From Candidatus Poribacteria bacterium (GTDB lineage: Bacteria > Poribacteria > WGA-4E > WGA-3G), in assembly GCA_965214095.1 (NCBI GenBank), contig OZ243938.1:2656001-2720000 (forward strand): a DNA stretch of 64,000 nt, written 5' to 3'. The notes beneath the pieces are model-generated. The model was not told where the DNA came from, searched no databases, and was given only the letters and a program-made list of their open reading frames with translations. A program made the position numbers and the translations under genes. Shown one piece after another: positions 20,889 to 31,935 of this stretch (its first letter is position 1; each line of letters opens with the position of its first letter).

Positions 20889-21027
20889 TTATAGTAAAAA
20901 CCATAATTATTTACACACTACGGTAGGTTCAATTTCCTAACCGAACCGGTGTTTGTTCAGCCGCATAGATGCGATTAGGAAACCGTATCTGCCGGAGAGT
21001 GTGCACATATTTTACATTTCACTATAA
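20889..21027. mobile_element. MITE-like element (TTATAGT...ACTATAA ends) with a GGTTTCCTAACC-family REP doublet
   Basis: Close inverted copy at 56902-57040; right half also at 61903-61963. Confidence 0.75.
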
Positions 21028-21138
21028 ATTAAAATAATATTACGAAGTGTACCACAAATTTTCTTTATAATCAATATTTTTTTTATTTTATTGTAGTCTT
21101 ATTATGGTAAAGTATGAAAAAAAATTATACACGCCACT

Positions 21139-21195
21139 GTAGGAGCGATCTCCGAATCTCGACTTAACTCAGTGATAATCGGGGTTCCCTCCTAC
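21139..21195. repeat. GTAGGAG...CTCCTAC REP doublet
   Basis: GTAGGAGCGATCTCCGAATCTCGA ... CCCTCCTAC; same family at 57172 and 57898-57921. Confidence 0.65.
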
Positions 21196-21292
21196 ATATC
21201 CAAAATGCATAAACAATTCAAGAATCTACGATAGTTAGAAAATCTAATATCAAAAAGGTTGTGGTAGTTAACAATGTAATGTGAATTATATT

Positions 21293-23704
21293 TTACCGAT
21301 CAGCACCAAAATCTGGTTCTTTTGCTGATCGTACCACCCATTTTTCAAATACAGACTTGAAAGACTCTGCCTTATCGCCAAAATGTAGATACTGGATACT
21401 TTTGATTGGAATTGACACATCCCCGTATATTTGTGAATGTCCAAGAAATCTGTCATCTTTAACTTCAATCGGTTCAAAAATCAAGATTGGGTTGTGTATT
21501 AAGGCGAAGCGAACTAAGGATTGAGTGGTTTCTGACTGTTGACTGTCTGGTTTCTGCTGTTCCTGTGCTTCTTCATCGTTTATCGGTTGATCAGTGTCGT
21601 CAACGCTGATATCAACTATCCGTGCTACTCGGTCAATAGGTATATCAAGTGTCTTTAAATTAGAAGCAAACTGAAATGTTTTTCCATCGAAACTGATCAA
21701 ATTCCCGCGCTTCATATCACCATTTTTTGCCACAAGAATGTGTTTGGGTGGGTTATCACGATTGAACCGTGGAACGGTGAGTGCGCGTTCTAATTTTACA
21801 TCTAACTCTGTATCCTTGATTTCAAGTGGGTCAAAGATGAGTTCAACCGCTTGTTTAAACGCAAGAGCATCATTATCAATCACGTTTCCTCCAGAAAAAA
21901 CGATTTTCATTTTCTCATTAGGGTTTCCGGTATCTACTTCAATTTCCAAATTTCCAACTTTAGTCCTACGCATTTTGCCTTCCATAATTCGACCATCTTC
22001 TAAAATGATACGATGTTTATTTCCACCAGTGATGGTGATAGGATTTCGGTTCTCTTTACGGGAGTGTGTTTTTCCGCGTGAAAATTCAATACCTTTTATG
22101 TGTTTTGGGGCGATGTGTGTTGCTTTGGCAAATGGTGAAACGAAATTAATACGAACATTATCGTAGGAAATGACTTGACAAGGAATGACTTCTCCGTTCT
22201 TCAGATGCATTAAGTGCGGGAATGTTTTTACATCAAATTGGTGGAGTCTTGATACATGTTTATTATTTCGTTCAACCCGAGGAGATAGGTTATTTGCTAT
22301 ACGAACAGATTCTGAACAACCTATAGGCAACCATTGGATACTGGATTTCTCGTTGGTGTCAAATATTACTTGTCCACGGAGACTTCCGGTTGGAAAGAAC
22401 ATCTTATCGTAAGCATCAATGGGTTGTTTGATTTTACTTGTAGACTCAAGACGAAGTTCGGACACACCGTCAAGTGAGCATACTATTGATTCTTCTGCGA
22501 AATTTGTTCGCATTAAAACACTGTCCGTATTTAATTGTTCGACCTGTCCATTTATAACTGATCCGTCAATGTATGTCAATGCCATGCGTTGATCAGTTTT
22601 CTTTAGTCTTCGTCCGGGCATAACAACTCGATCAACATGTCTTATGTCTGTGTCAGTTCGTGTGCCATCCGTGTCAAGTATATAAGCGTCATCATTTTTG
22701 ATAAACAACTTTCCGTGAAAAACTTCACCATTCATCATGTGGACTCTCGGTTTAGTAAAATCTACTTGCTGGTTTTTAAATTCCTCAGGTTGATGGTAAA
22801 TTCTTAATCGTTGCACCGATAGGTCTTGTCCTCGGTTGTAAACATACGCTCCGGGTACCTCAGTTGTCTGATGCACTTCATCTAATTTCAAGAGTAAATT
22901 TCCGTTTTCATCAAATACCTTTAACACCTGCGTGTCTTGGTCATAAGCAATTCGTAAACGGTAGCTGCGGTGATCTGGTTTTATTTGTAATATAGGTTCA
23001 TATAACGTTCCTTGCACGACAACAAGTTCCTTTGCCCATGTTTCAATTCGCAATGCTTGATAAAGATTTTTTCCGAGAGAGAAAACAAAACCTGGGGGAC
23101 TTGATGTGGATGCAATTTCAAAGTCAATTTCATAACGTTTTGGCCATTTAATCGGATAATATAAATTCGTTTTACTTCTATCTGTGCGTGGTTTTCCACC
23201 CTGTTCCGGGTACCACCCAGTGGGATTTTTGCCGCTTCCTTCCTTGGTTTCGTTTTGGTCTGCTGGCAACCATGATGCCAGTTGTGAACCATCAAAAATA
23301 AGGTTGGAGTGTTCTTGGTTCTCAAGAGAGTAGATCATATCTCTATTGACACGGAACTGACCATGGCGATTATTTAAGAATAGGAAAGTGTCTTCATCTG
23401 AATCAATAATATCCGCTGTCCAGAAGTCTCCCAATATAGTACCGACACGGAAAGTTCCTGTTACAGGTGCGGGGTGCTTGGAGAAAGCAATGGAATCTAA
23501 TACGGTGATATCTACATTCAGATCGTCTGCGAAGTATGGGGACTTCCATCGGATTGTCCCAGATTTACCATCCATCAGTTCACCGGAGAGGGAATCACCA
23601 TTTTTCCAACGTAAAAGTGTTTCTTGAGCCTGTGTCGTGGTGTGAAACCACAATCCGATGAGTGTAAGGGCAATCACCATTAACATTCTAAGACATTTTC
23701 GCAT
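21293..23704 (-). CDS. Large secreted hypothetical protein at the distal end of the MoxR operon
   Basis: Signal peptide; repeated 'L..(K/R)NG(D/E)...G' beta-barrel-like units; ConA-like middle. Confidence 0.65.
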   Translation of the reverse strand: MRKCLRMLMVIALTLIGLWFHTTTQAQETLLRWKNGDSLSGELMDGKSGTIRWKSPYFADDLNVDITVLDSIAFSKHPAPVTGTFRVGTILGDFWTADIIDSDEDTFLFLNNRHGQFRVNRDMIYSLENQEHSNLIFDGSQLASWLPADQNETKEGSGKNPTGWYPEQGGKPRTDRSKTNLYYPIKWPKRYEIDFEIASTSSPPGFVFSLGKNLYQALRIETWAKELVVVQGTLYEPILQIKPDHRSYRLRIAYDQDTQVLKVFDENGNLLLKLDEVHQTTEVPGAYVYNRGQDLSVQRLRIYHQPEEFKNQQVDFTKPRVHMMNGEVFHGKLFIKNDDAYILDTDGTRTDTDIRHVDRVVMPGRRLKKTDQRMALTYIDGSVINGQVEQLNTDSVLMRTNFAEESIVCSLDGVSELRLESTSKIKQPIDAYDKMFFPTGSLRGQVIFDTNEKSSIQWLPIGCSESVRIANNLSPRVERNNKHVSRLHQFDVKTFPHLMHLKNGEVIPCQVISYDNVRINFVSPFAKATHIAPKHIKGIEFSRGKTHSRKENRNPITITGGNKHRIILEDGRIMEGKMRRTKVGNLEIEVDTGNPNEKMKIVFSGGNVIDNDALAFKQAVELIFDPLEIKDTELDVKLERALTVPRFNRDNPPKHILVAKNGDMKRGNLISFDGKTFQFASNLKTLDIPIDRVARIVDISVDDTDQPINDEEAQEQQKPDSQQSETTQSLVRFALIHNPILIFEPIEVKDDRFLGHSQIYGDVSIPIKSIQYLHFGDKAESFKSVFEKWVVRSAKEPDFGADR

Positions 23705-23784
23705 TGTGTTTCTCCTTGATGTGTTTGGTCTTTCAGTTTATTCTTGATATAGTTCTCTATCATGGGAGTTTAGTATTTGTAGTG

Positions 23785-24909
23785 TTATCTTTCGTAAATG
23801 GGAAGTAAGCGATAGTTCAAAGCTAATGTAAGCACAGCCATGCCAGTTCCATAGGCTTTACCGTAGGAACTGTTGAAACTTCCATCTGGTTGTTGCATTT
23901 TTTGAAGCCGTTCAATAGTGCGCTGATTCCAAGCTTGCCATGCTTCCAAATCACTCTGGAATAGTGCCTGTGCCATATAGTATAAGGTATAAAACATATA
24001 ACTATTACCGATATTATAATTTGTTCTTCGTTTTATGTATTCGGAAGTGGCTTTATATTCAGGTGTGTCTTTTCGTTTTCCAATTGCATATACGAGTGTC
24101 GCGATGGCAGAACGTGTGAGTCCGTCTCCATGACTGCCTGATGGGGTATAAGAGACACCTCCACCTTTTAGTGTGCAAGTTTGGAAAAAGTTTAATGCTT
24201 TGTTAACGGCTTCATTTGGTATTTCAATGCCAGCGTTTCGTGCGCCGAGAATTCCCATCAGGACGGTGCCAGCCACGGTGGTGTCAGCATCTCGTGCTTG
24301 TGGTGAGTATCGCCATGCACCCCACGGGTTCTTTTCTTGGGCTGTCAATACACATCTTACTGCAAGTTCTAATGCTTCGCTAATCGTTCTTCTGCGGCTT
24401 GCGGGGACATTACTATCTTTCCAGAGGAGATCTTCATCTACAGCACCGTAAGCTTCAGACAGTGCTAACGTAGCGAAACCGTGATGATACATTGATGCAT
24501 GTCCACTTCTTGTTCCCATATATCCTGATCGGGCATCCTGTTTTGAGATCATATTGCGCAGTGCTTTACGGATGTTTGGTGCATAAGGTCCATAATCTGG
24601 GTCTTCTCCACTTGCCATTAACGCCATGACACAAATACCCGTAATTCCTGCTCCACCTTGTGCTCCTTGCCAACCGCCATCTGCTAATTGGGTGTTTGCA
24701 AGATAACGTAAACTTCGGTCATTGATGCTTCTTACTGCGGGTGGGACACCTGTGCCGTAACGGAGTGTGGGGTCTTGAGCGTTGGTTGGTTCATTGTAGA
24801 ACGTAACCAGAAGTATTAGCAGAAATGAAAACCCGATTTTGAATGTATGTTCATTCAAAAATGAATCTATTCCTTTTTTCTCTTTTGCCATGATTGATTT
24901 ATCCTCCAT
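23785..24909 (-). CDS. Prenyltransferase/squalene oxidase repeat (alpha-alpha barrel) protein
   Basis: QW-like repeats 'TQLADGGW', 'AQ...GAWRY', 'QQPDGSF'; 'MYHHGFATLALSE', 'LPIYER'. Confidence 0.85.
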   Translation of the reverse strand: MEDKSIMAKEKKGIDSFLNEHTFKIGFSFLLILLVTFYNEPTNAQDPTLRYGTGVPPAVRSINDRSLRYLANTQLADGGWQGAQGGAGITGICVMALMASGEDPDYGPYAPNIRKALRNMISKQDARSGYMGTRSGHASMYHHGFATLALSEAYGAVDEDLLWKDSNVPASRRRTISEALELAVRCVLTAQEKNPWGAWRYSPQARDADTTVAGTVLMGILGARNAGIEIPNEAVNKALNFFQTCTLKGGGVSYTPSGSHGDGLTRSAIATLVYAIGKRKDTPEYKATSEYIKRRTNYNIGNSYMFYTLYYMAQALFQSDLEAWQAWNQRTIERLQKMQQPDGSFNSSYGKAYGTGMAVLTLALNYRLLPIYER

Positions 24910-24990
24910 CTCTATATTCAGTATATTCTTCCATTCGTAGAATAAGGTTTTTCATTTTTTGTTACACATCAGAAATTCTACATTGTTGTT

Positions 24991-25962
24991 TTAATCTTCC
25001 TTGATTGTAGCCAAACCAGTTTGCCATTCATTTCCTTTCTTACCAGCATAGAGCATGATATAAGTATCATTGATCTCAAGGATTTGTCCAGTTAAGACAC
25101 CGTCGCAGTCAAAGGCATCAGGATCGTCAGAGGGTGTAAATATAGGGTTGTACGGGTTCGGTTCATAGTTAAGAAAATCGCGAGTCCGCACATGTCCGAT
25201 ACGCCAAAATTCCCCATCAAACCCACCATAAATGATATGGAAATACTCCGGTCCCTTGAACAATTCAGTCTCACGAACGGATTTGCTATCCCATGCTTCG
25301 CCACTACCTGTGAAAACAGGATTGGCAGGATTCTTAGTTACCATCGCTGGGTCACTCGTTGGCGCGGTTGCATGGCACATCGTTAGTCCTTCACCGAACG
25401 ATTTCGTTGCCTTACCTGTATAAACAATGTGTATCATATCACCATTTATTGCTACGGAAGGATGTGTTGAACCGTGTAATTCGTGTTCAGTATCCGCAGG
25501 AATGACAGGTGTGTGTTGGACGCGTTGCCATTCACCTAAATCACCGTCGCTTACAAGCAGACCTGTCTGTTCAGGTGTCGTTTCCCCTTTGCCACGATAA
25601 TACATGTAGTACTTTCCATCAGCAGGATTCAGAAAAGGGAAAGGATACTCAACGGCTGCATTGTCAAATCCGTCCGCTGAAGGCTCAAAAATGGGATTAC
25701 GCGTATCTTGTGTGATGTTTGTGATGTCACTGACGGGAGCAGTAGCGTGCATCAGTACCCATCGCCGATCAACATAGCGTTTACACCAGATATAGTGGAC
25801 AGTCCCATCAACAACAATCGCATGAGTTGCTGCTGCCCACAGTGGTGGCTGTAGAGAGATGATTGGATTTCCTTGTTCTATCCGTTTGAAACTGGCAAAT
25901 ACTTCAAAGGGGATTGCATCATTTTTCCTGACAGTCATCAGTGTTCCTCTGTTGTGCAGCAC
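24991..25962 (-). CDS. Five-bladed beta-propeller glycosidase-like protein (GH43/GH130/GH32 clan)
   Basis: Repeated 'NPIF.P....FD' blades, 'YYMYY.G', 'IG.V.T.DF', 'MLYAG'. Confidence 0.7.
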   Translation of the reverse strand: MLHNRGTLMTVRKNDAIPFEVFASFKRIEQGNPIISLQPPLWAAATHAIVVDGTVHYIWCKRYVDRRWVLMHATAPVSDITNITQDTRNPIFEPSADGFDNAAVEYPFPFLNPADGKYYMYYRGKGETTPEQTGLLVSDGDLGEWQRVQHTPVIPADTEHELHGSTHPSVAINGDMIHIVYTGKATKSFGEGLTMCHATAPTSDPAMVTKNPANPVFTGSGEAWDSKSVRETELFKGPEYFHIIYGGFDGEFWRIGHVRTRDFLNYEPNPYNPIFTPSDDPDAFDCDGVLTGQILEINDTYIMLYAGKKGNEWQTGLATIKED

Positions 25963-26004
25963 ATTGGATACAAATTAACGGGTTTTATCTTGATTTATTT
26001 GTTG

Positions 26005-26030
26005 TGCGGTTAGGAAACCGCACCTACCGA
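26005..26030. repeat. Single GGTTAGGAAACC-family REP
   Basis: GTGCGGTTAGGAAACCGCACCTACCG. Confidence 0.7.
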
Positions 26031-26052
26031 GACGAATGAAGTTAATTTGGAT

Positions 26053-29000
26053 TTAGTTGCCTTCTAAGACGTTGAAATATGTGTCTAATCCTTGTCGGAA
26101 TTCTTCTGGTAATACGCGACCAGTTTTGCCTATTGCTTGTTTCGGTGCGCGTTTTTCAATGAATGCCTGACCTGAGTCGTCTCCTCTACCACTTCCGAGT
26201 GTCATTGCAGAAACTAATTGTGCAAAGACATTTCCACTACTACCTGGTGAGTCACCACCACCTCCGCCACCAGCAGGTGTATTTGGCATGCGTTGCGTTT
26301 GAAGTAGGATTTCAATCACTTCCGATATAGCAGCGATTGCTTCGGGACCTGTTTCGGGTTTAGCAAGGATCGTCTCTGCCTCCTCCATCACCTCAGCTGC
26401 AGCACTGACTTTGGCGTATTGCTGTCTGATACGTCGTGTATTAAACTCTGGTAACAGACTTATTTGTCTTGCCACCTCAAGTGTATCCTCGGCGATTTCA
26501 TACTGTGTATCGCTTAATCCTTCGCTTCGCGCATAATATTTATCGGAATTGAGCGTGTCCTTTGCGTTTTCAGTTTCGCGCGTTTCCTCTCGTAATTGAA
26601 TTTCACGATTGATGAGACGCAATACCTCTAAAACAATTTCAGGTGGCAAACTTGGCAGCTCCGTCATTCCACCTTCTGGAGGCTCTCCATCAGGTAATGG
26701 GTCTACTAACTGTTCTGCCCATCGATCCAACGTATCTGCCCAGTATTCTGCCTCAATCGTTGATTGCCCGACATAATTTCTGTTAATTGATCTGACAAGT
26801 TCGCTCATCTGGTTTGATACAGAAGCGTCTTCCATCTCTGCAAGGACACGTAGGTAGTTATCATTAGGACGACGATCAGTATAGGCTGCCATATCTTGAA
26901 TGATGGTGGTTACCTTTTTGGATTCATTGGATTCCATTTCAGCTAAACGTTTTCGGACATCTCGATTTTTTGTGCCTCTGTCAGACAATCCAAAGGTGTC
27001 AATTTTGTTGAGATCTGTAGCGATGTCAATCTGCCTTCGTGAGGCTGCCTTCAATCGTTTCACGAATGTGCTATTTTCAAAACTGACCAAAAGTTTTTTC
27101 ATCTCGTCTGATAGTTTATCAAAAGCGTCCAACAATTCCTTCTGTTCTTCAACAGCCTGGGCCACGAGTTCTTCAGCAGGAGGTGATTCTGCGTTTTCAT
27201 CTTCACCTTGATCTTCTCTGCCGCTACCCATCAACGTCGTATTAGGGAGGGCTAATCCACCAACGACCTGTGATGGAGGGGCATCATTTGGTTTCTCAGG
27301 TTTGTTGAAACCTGATTCCACATCGGAAACTCCAGGTGTGGGATTCGTAGGTGAAGGTTTACCTTGTTCGCCGCCTTGTGGTGGTTTACTCCGGTTCACA
27401 CTGACAGAATCGGGACGTTTGTTCGGATCTTCAGGATCCTCAGATTCCTCGTCTGTCCCTTCAGGTGGCACAAAACTATCAGGTCCATACTTTTTCGTAT
27501 CGTCTCCTGAACCTTCTTGTGGTTTACCGGAAGATTGTGATTTATTACCTGATGCTTGGTTTTGCTGTTGTTCTGAATCTTTCTGTTGGTCAGACGGCTG
27601 AGATTGCCCGTTTGATGCTTTGTTTTGCTGCTGTTCATCTTGGTTTTCGCTTGGCGATTGTTGACTGCTACTACTTGAGGAAGATGGACTTTGCTGGCTG
27701 CTATCTGATGGCTTTTGGCTGCTCTGTCCTTGTGCTTCGGATGCTTGTGCAAGTAAATTTGCGACAGAAGGCATCTGTTTTCCTGCTATCTCCTCTAATT
27801 GTTTGAGCATGTCTCCCCAAGATTGGAGTTGTTCTGCGTCAAATTCACTGTTTTTTGCTGCTTCCTGGACCAACTCTTTACCGCTTTCAATGAGACTGTC
27901 AAGTTTTGCGGCGTTTGCTCGTTCTGATGCAGCTTGTTCCTGTAATTTTTTACGTTGTGCTGGATCGTCAAGTGCTTCAGGTGGTAGGTCTTGGATTTCA
28001 CGATTGGTTTCGTGTAATTGCAATTCTTTATCGTGTACATCCTTTGCTGCACCTGCCCAGAGCTGCATCTGTCCGATTAACCATTTGAAGTGTTCTGATG
28101 GGGAAAGCACGTGGAGCACAATTTGTGGGGAACGGATACGTTCACGGTTAGGAAAATAATCCTCCGCAAAAGCACGCAGACGCAGACTTTGTGGTGGTAT
28201 ATTTTCACGTTCAACGGAGAATGTCGCGGGAACGATTAATGATTCCGATATTGGCGACCCTGAGGACACGGCTTTCTCTCCGATTGCCGGTTCGGGGTTT
28301 TGGATTGGATTCTCAATACCTTCCCATTCTATACCGACCTGTTTCACACCAAAGTCATCCGCTGATTGGATTTCAAATGTAAGCACTTCTGTAGATAGCA
28401 CAACTTGATTGTTTTTTAGCTTCGTGATAGCAATAGTTGGTTCAGCATCTTCTTGTAGTTCAAATTGCACTACTTGTGGTTCACTTGCAGTGAGACCATA
28501 TTGATCACGCCATGTTAATTCCATTTCTGTTGTTTTTTCTACGGAAATAGATTCGGTTGTTATTTTTGCCCCATCCACTTTTTGCCGACGATTATTTAAC
28601 GTTGCCTCAGAGAGTTCTCGTGTGATTGTCGCTTCCAAGGTGGCAGCACTCCCTTTTACTAAACTCACTATTCCACCGCGCACATCATCTATTCTCGGTT
28701 CTTCGCGTTGTAGATATTCGGGAAGTTGAACGTTGGCAATAAGTTCTTTGAGTGCCGGACGTAATTTCGGTTCAACGGGGATGGAACGTCTTGCATCTCC
28801 CACCCGCATCTTGATTTGCCCTTCCTCTGTTTGCGGTGGCAATTGAAATTTGTAAGTAGACCCATCTCGTTCTGCGACTACAGGTTCTTGTTTTGCGTAT
28901 CGTGCTTCACCGCTTTCAGGTTTCCATGGGGATTCTTCTTTCAGTAGTGCTTCAACATCAAAAGGTTCTGCGTAGGCGACGACACGTGGATCTGGTTTGC

Positions 29001-29616
29001 CTTTTAATTGAGCAAACGTATATCGTTCAACGTTTCGCCACGGTGTTAACCATCGTGCTAAGGTGTTGTTAGTCGTTGCCGGGATAATGATTATCCCGAT
29101 GATGACAAGGAGTAATGGCAAACCTACTGCCAATGCCCAACGACGGTGGCGAGGATTCGGCACAGCATCTTTGAGATTGTGTTTCGCTACCTCTTCATCA
29201 ACTTGACGCATTGCGGCTGCAACCAATGCCGGACTCGCTGATTGATCCGATCTTTCCGATGCAAGTTCTACGATACCAAGCACATGATCACCAAAACGTG
29301 GGAACTTATGTTGCAATAGTTTGGCAATGCCTTCTAATTGCCGATTTCGCCAGACCCATTTGTAGTATTTCAGTGGCAGGAAAATCACCATACCGACCAT
29401 GCCGACTATCAGGATGAGTGCGCGCAGAAGGGCAGAGGTATCAATCAGTCGGTCTAAGCCAAACACAATGAGATATGAAACGATGAGTCCAAAGATCGCT
29501 GCTAATGTGCCTTCGGCAAGTTTGATGATCCATACCCGTTTTCGGTATTGTTCTAATGCTTTTTTCATTCTTGGAGGTAGATTTATCCCATTCTTTTGTA
29601 ATGGTGTTTGGTTCAT
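26053..29616 (-). CDS. Large membrane-anchored coiled-coil protein (DUF4175-like)
   Basis: Three N-terminal TMs, Ig-like region 'ADDFGV', Q/S-rich linker, C-terminal 'LPEEFRQGLD.YF'. Confidence 0.75.
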   Translation of the reverse strand: MNQTPLQKNGINLPPRMKKALEQYRKRVWIIKLAEGTLAAIFGLIVSYLIVFGLDRLIDTSALLRALILIVGMVGMVIFLPLKYYKWVWRNRQLEGIAKLLQHKFPRFGDHVLGIVELASERSDQSASPALVAAAMRQVDEEVAKHNLKDAVPNPRHRRWALAVGLPLLLVIIGIIIIPATTNNTLARWLTPWRNVERYTFAQLKGKPDPRVVAYAEPFDVEALLKEESPWKPESGEARYAKQEPVVAERDGSTYKFQLPPQTEEGQIKMRVGDARRSIPVEPKLRPALKELIANVQLPEYLQREEPRIDDVRGGIVSLVKGSAATLEATITRELSEATLNNRRQKVDGAKITTESISVEKTTEMELTWRDQYGLTASEPQVVQFELQEDAEPTIAITKLKNNQVVLSTEVLTFEIQSADDFGVKQVGIEWEGIENPIQNPEPAIGEKAVSSGSPISESLIVPATFSVERENIPPQSLRLRAFAEDYFPNRERIRSPQIVLHVLSPSEHFKWLIGQMQLWAGAAKDVHDKELQLHETNREIQDLPPEALDDPAQRKKLQEQAASERANAAKLDSLIESGKELVQEAAKNSEFDAEQLQSWGDMLKQLEEIAGKQMPSVANLLAQASEAQGQSSQKPSDSSQQSPSSSSSSSQQSPSENQDEQQQNKASNGQSQPSDQQKDSEQQQNQASGNKSQSSGKPQEGSGDDTKKYGPDSFVPPEGTDEESEDPEDPNKRPDSVSVNRSKPPQGGEQGKPSPTNPTPGVSDVESGFNKPEKPNDAPPSQVVGGLALPNTTLMGSGREDQGEDENAESPPAEELVAQAVEEQKELLDAFDKLSDEMKKLLVSFENSTFVKRLKAASRRQIDIATDLNKIDTFGLSDRGTKNRDVRKRLAEMESNESKKVTTIIQDMAAYTDRRPNDNYLRVLAEMEDASVSNQMSELVRSINRNYVGQSTIEAEYWADTLDRWAEQLVDPLPDGEPPEGGMTELPSLPPEIVLEVLRLINREIQLREETRETENAKDTLNSDKYYARSEGLSDTQYEIAEDTLEVARQISLLPEFNTRRIRQQYAKVSAAAEVMEEAETILAKPETGPEAIAAISEVIEILLQTQRMPNTPAGGGGGGDSPGSSGNVFAQLVSAMTLGSGRGDDSGQAFIEKRAPKQAIGKTGRVLPEEFRQGLDTYFNVLEGN

Positions 29617-29706
29617 TGAAGCTCTCCTTTGGTGTTATTTAAGCGAGAAATCGGACAATCTGTTTGTTCTGCTAAAATTATAATATTATCCTGATGTGAT
29701 TTCAAT

Positions 29707-31914
29707 TTATATCGTACCTGCCATCTTACGTGCAACCCAGAACAACCCAAGCAGCAAGATAAGTAATCCGCCCCAAAACGGGTTTGCCCAGATACGTGTT
29801 CGTTTAACAATCGGTTCAGGTTCTGGTAGGGCAGCGAGATGTTCTTGTAATGTCCCTACCTCAGAAACTGATACTAATTTTCCTCCAGTGATATTTGCAA
29901 TTTCTTCCAGAACATCAAAACGCGCCAATCTTCCTTGTTGTTCCCGATTCAAGCCTTGCACGGAAAGTTCAGTTTGAACGGATGCTCCTGTTTCACTACT
30001 TGTCGCTATAAGACGATAGATCCCTGCTTCTTTCGGTGTAAACGTCCCGATGAACAATCCTAACGCATCTTCTACACCCGGTTGCAGTCGGATTGTCTCT
30101 GTTTTACCTGAAGGGGCAATCGCTTGCACCACGACTGTCCCCCTTTCCAGTGGTCCACCGAAGTTATCAATTACATTTGCGTTTAAGGTAAGGACATCAT
30201 CAACATGAGGTCGGTCAGGAGAGTAAAACATTCGTATCGATTCACTCTGCGCCATCTGTCGTCGATACGCCATCCAACGTGCCACTTGACTCCAGAAACG
30301 GTAGTGGTATTTGTCTTCAACACCATGCCGCCAACGCCATGCACTGTCCGTTCCCATGAACAGCACTTTACCTGTGCCATACGTTTTCGTAACGATGAGT
30401 GGCACACGTCCGGACACTGTAGAAGCTTGATCGTGTACTGCCAATACTTCTGTTCCTGCTTTCGCACGTCTGATGCCAGCGTACCAGAAGAAACCCGGTA
30501 ACATCCGCCACACATCACTATTTCCAATATCGGTATCTCCAAGTCGTGTCAACAAACTTCGTTGTCCGGGTTCGGTGAGAGCGAAATATCCTTGGACACT
30601 TGAGCCGACACCGTTCGGTGTAACTGGGTCTAAAACGACAGGATATAGATCGGCAAGCGGACCGGTAGTTAATGATTCATGTGCCCCCGTGCGTCCGGGT
30701 AAAAAGACGATACCCGATGCTTGTGCACTGACAAGTTGTCGTAAATCCTGTGCTTGTTCAGTCGTCAACTGATCTGGAGCAATACCTACATCTCCAAGAA
30801 ACACCACGTCAAATTTGCTGAGTTCTCTTGCATCAGGGAATCGCTTGATATAAGCACGTCCTCCACCAACTTGTGGCAATTTAGGATGAAATAACAGGCA
30901 CGTTACATCAACACCAGCATCGCGTTCCAAAGCATTACGGAGATAACGATACTCCCAACGCGGAAAAGAATCTATGACAAGGATTTTCAACTGTTCTTTA
31001 CGAATTGATATGGGAGCAGAGAGTTCATTATTTTCAGGTATCAACTCCTGAATATCTTTCGCAATTCGCAAGGATATGTCATATTCACCTGTATCTTGTG
31101 GTGTCCAAGCCATATTATCTTGTGCTTGTCCCATAGCGGGAACTGTAATGGTTTTAGTAGTCGTTGCTTCCCCATTGATGCTCAATGTGAGATTCACGTC
31201 TCTGTCTTGGCCTAAAGTGTTGCGAACGACAAACGGAATGCGGAGTTGTTTCTTTGTTACCCCGTAAGTTGGCGCGTCCATACTAACTAACTCAAGGTCG
31301 GGTAATGGCACTTCACTGCCAACACCTACGGTGAAAACGGGAACCTCTTTCATGTGGAACCGAGTTGCAGCTTTCTCAGGTGAATCCCCAACATTCCAAT
31401 CGCCATCCGAGAGCAGCACCACACCACGCAGATTATTGTGATTTTCCAGAATGTGTGTCAGTCCTGCGTTAATATCTGTTCCTTCTTCTGCTGGGTCTAA
31501 TAGTGATGAGAACGATTCAAATACAACATTTAGTTCGGTATCATCTGCAGATTTCCATACTTCTTCAGACATAAGCGGCTGAATTGTTTCTGCACGACTT
31601 TTCCGTTCAACGGTGGTGTCTGGGTCTACAAGAATGTCCTCGGTTTTCATGCTATTAGATTTATCCCAAAGTACAGCAAGCGTAGATCGTTGTTCTGGCG
31701 GTTGTGATTCTAACCATTCGGGTTGATTTAGGGTGAGAATCACAAGGCAGACGAGAACAAATCGGAGTAGTTCAAGCCATCCGATACGTTTGCGATATCC
31801 ACTGCGATGCCATGCATACCAGCACAATGCAGCGGTTACAATGATAATAATGACTCCCAAAGTTATAACAGAACTGTTGGAAAAGAATTCAAGGTGTCCT
31901 TGTGTGTCTTGCAT
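29707..31914 (-). CDS. Membrane protein with vWA and class I glutamine amidotransferase-like domains
   Basis: MIDAS 'DKSNSM', 'LLSDG', 'PRWEYRYLRN', 'G.GKVL..GTD..WRWR'. Confidence 0.8.
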   Translation of the reverse strand: MQDTQGHLEFFSNSSVITLGVIIIIVTAALCWYAWHRSGYRKRIGWLELLRFVLVCLVILTLNQPEWLESQPPEQRSTLAVLWDKSNSMKTEDILVDPDTTVERKSRAETIQPLMSEEVWKSADDTELNVVFESFSSLLDPAEEGTDINAGLTHILENHNNLRGVVLLSDGDWNVGDSPEKAATRFHMKEVPVFTVGVGSEVPLPDLELVSMDAPTYGVTKKQLRIPFVVRNTLGQDRDVNLTLSINGEATTTKTITVPAMGQAQDNMAWTPQDTGEYDISLRIAKDIQELIPENNELSAPISIRKEQLKILVIDSFPRWEYRYLRNALERDAGVDVTCLLFHPKLPQVGGGRAYIKRFPDARELSKFDVVFLGDVGIAPDQLTTEQAQDLRQLVSAQASGIVFLPGRTGAHESLTTGPLADLYPVVLDPVTPNGVGSSVQGYFALTEPGQRSLLTRLGDTDIGNSDVWRMLPGFFWYAGIRRAKAGTEVLAVHDQASTVSGRVPLIVTKTYGTGKVLFMGTDSAWRWRHGVEDKYHYRFWSQVARWMAYRRQMAQSESIRMFYSPDRPHVDDVLTLNANVIDNFGGPLERGTVVVQAIAPSGKTETIRLQPGVEDALGLFIGTFTPKEAGIYRLIATSSETGASVQTELSVQGLNREQQGRLARFDVLEEIANITGGKLVSVSEVGTLQEHLAALPEPEPIVKRTRIWANPFWGGLLILLLGLFWVARKMAGTI

Positions 31915-31935
31915 GTTTTTTGTGTCTCCAGTGTG

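Noticed and set aside
27300-27760. Tandem repeat array in the 1187-aa gene
   Set aside because: It is a Q/S/P-rich low-complexity coding linker with one short imperfect duplication, typical of this protein family.
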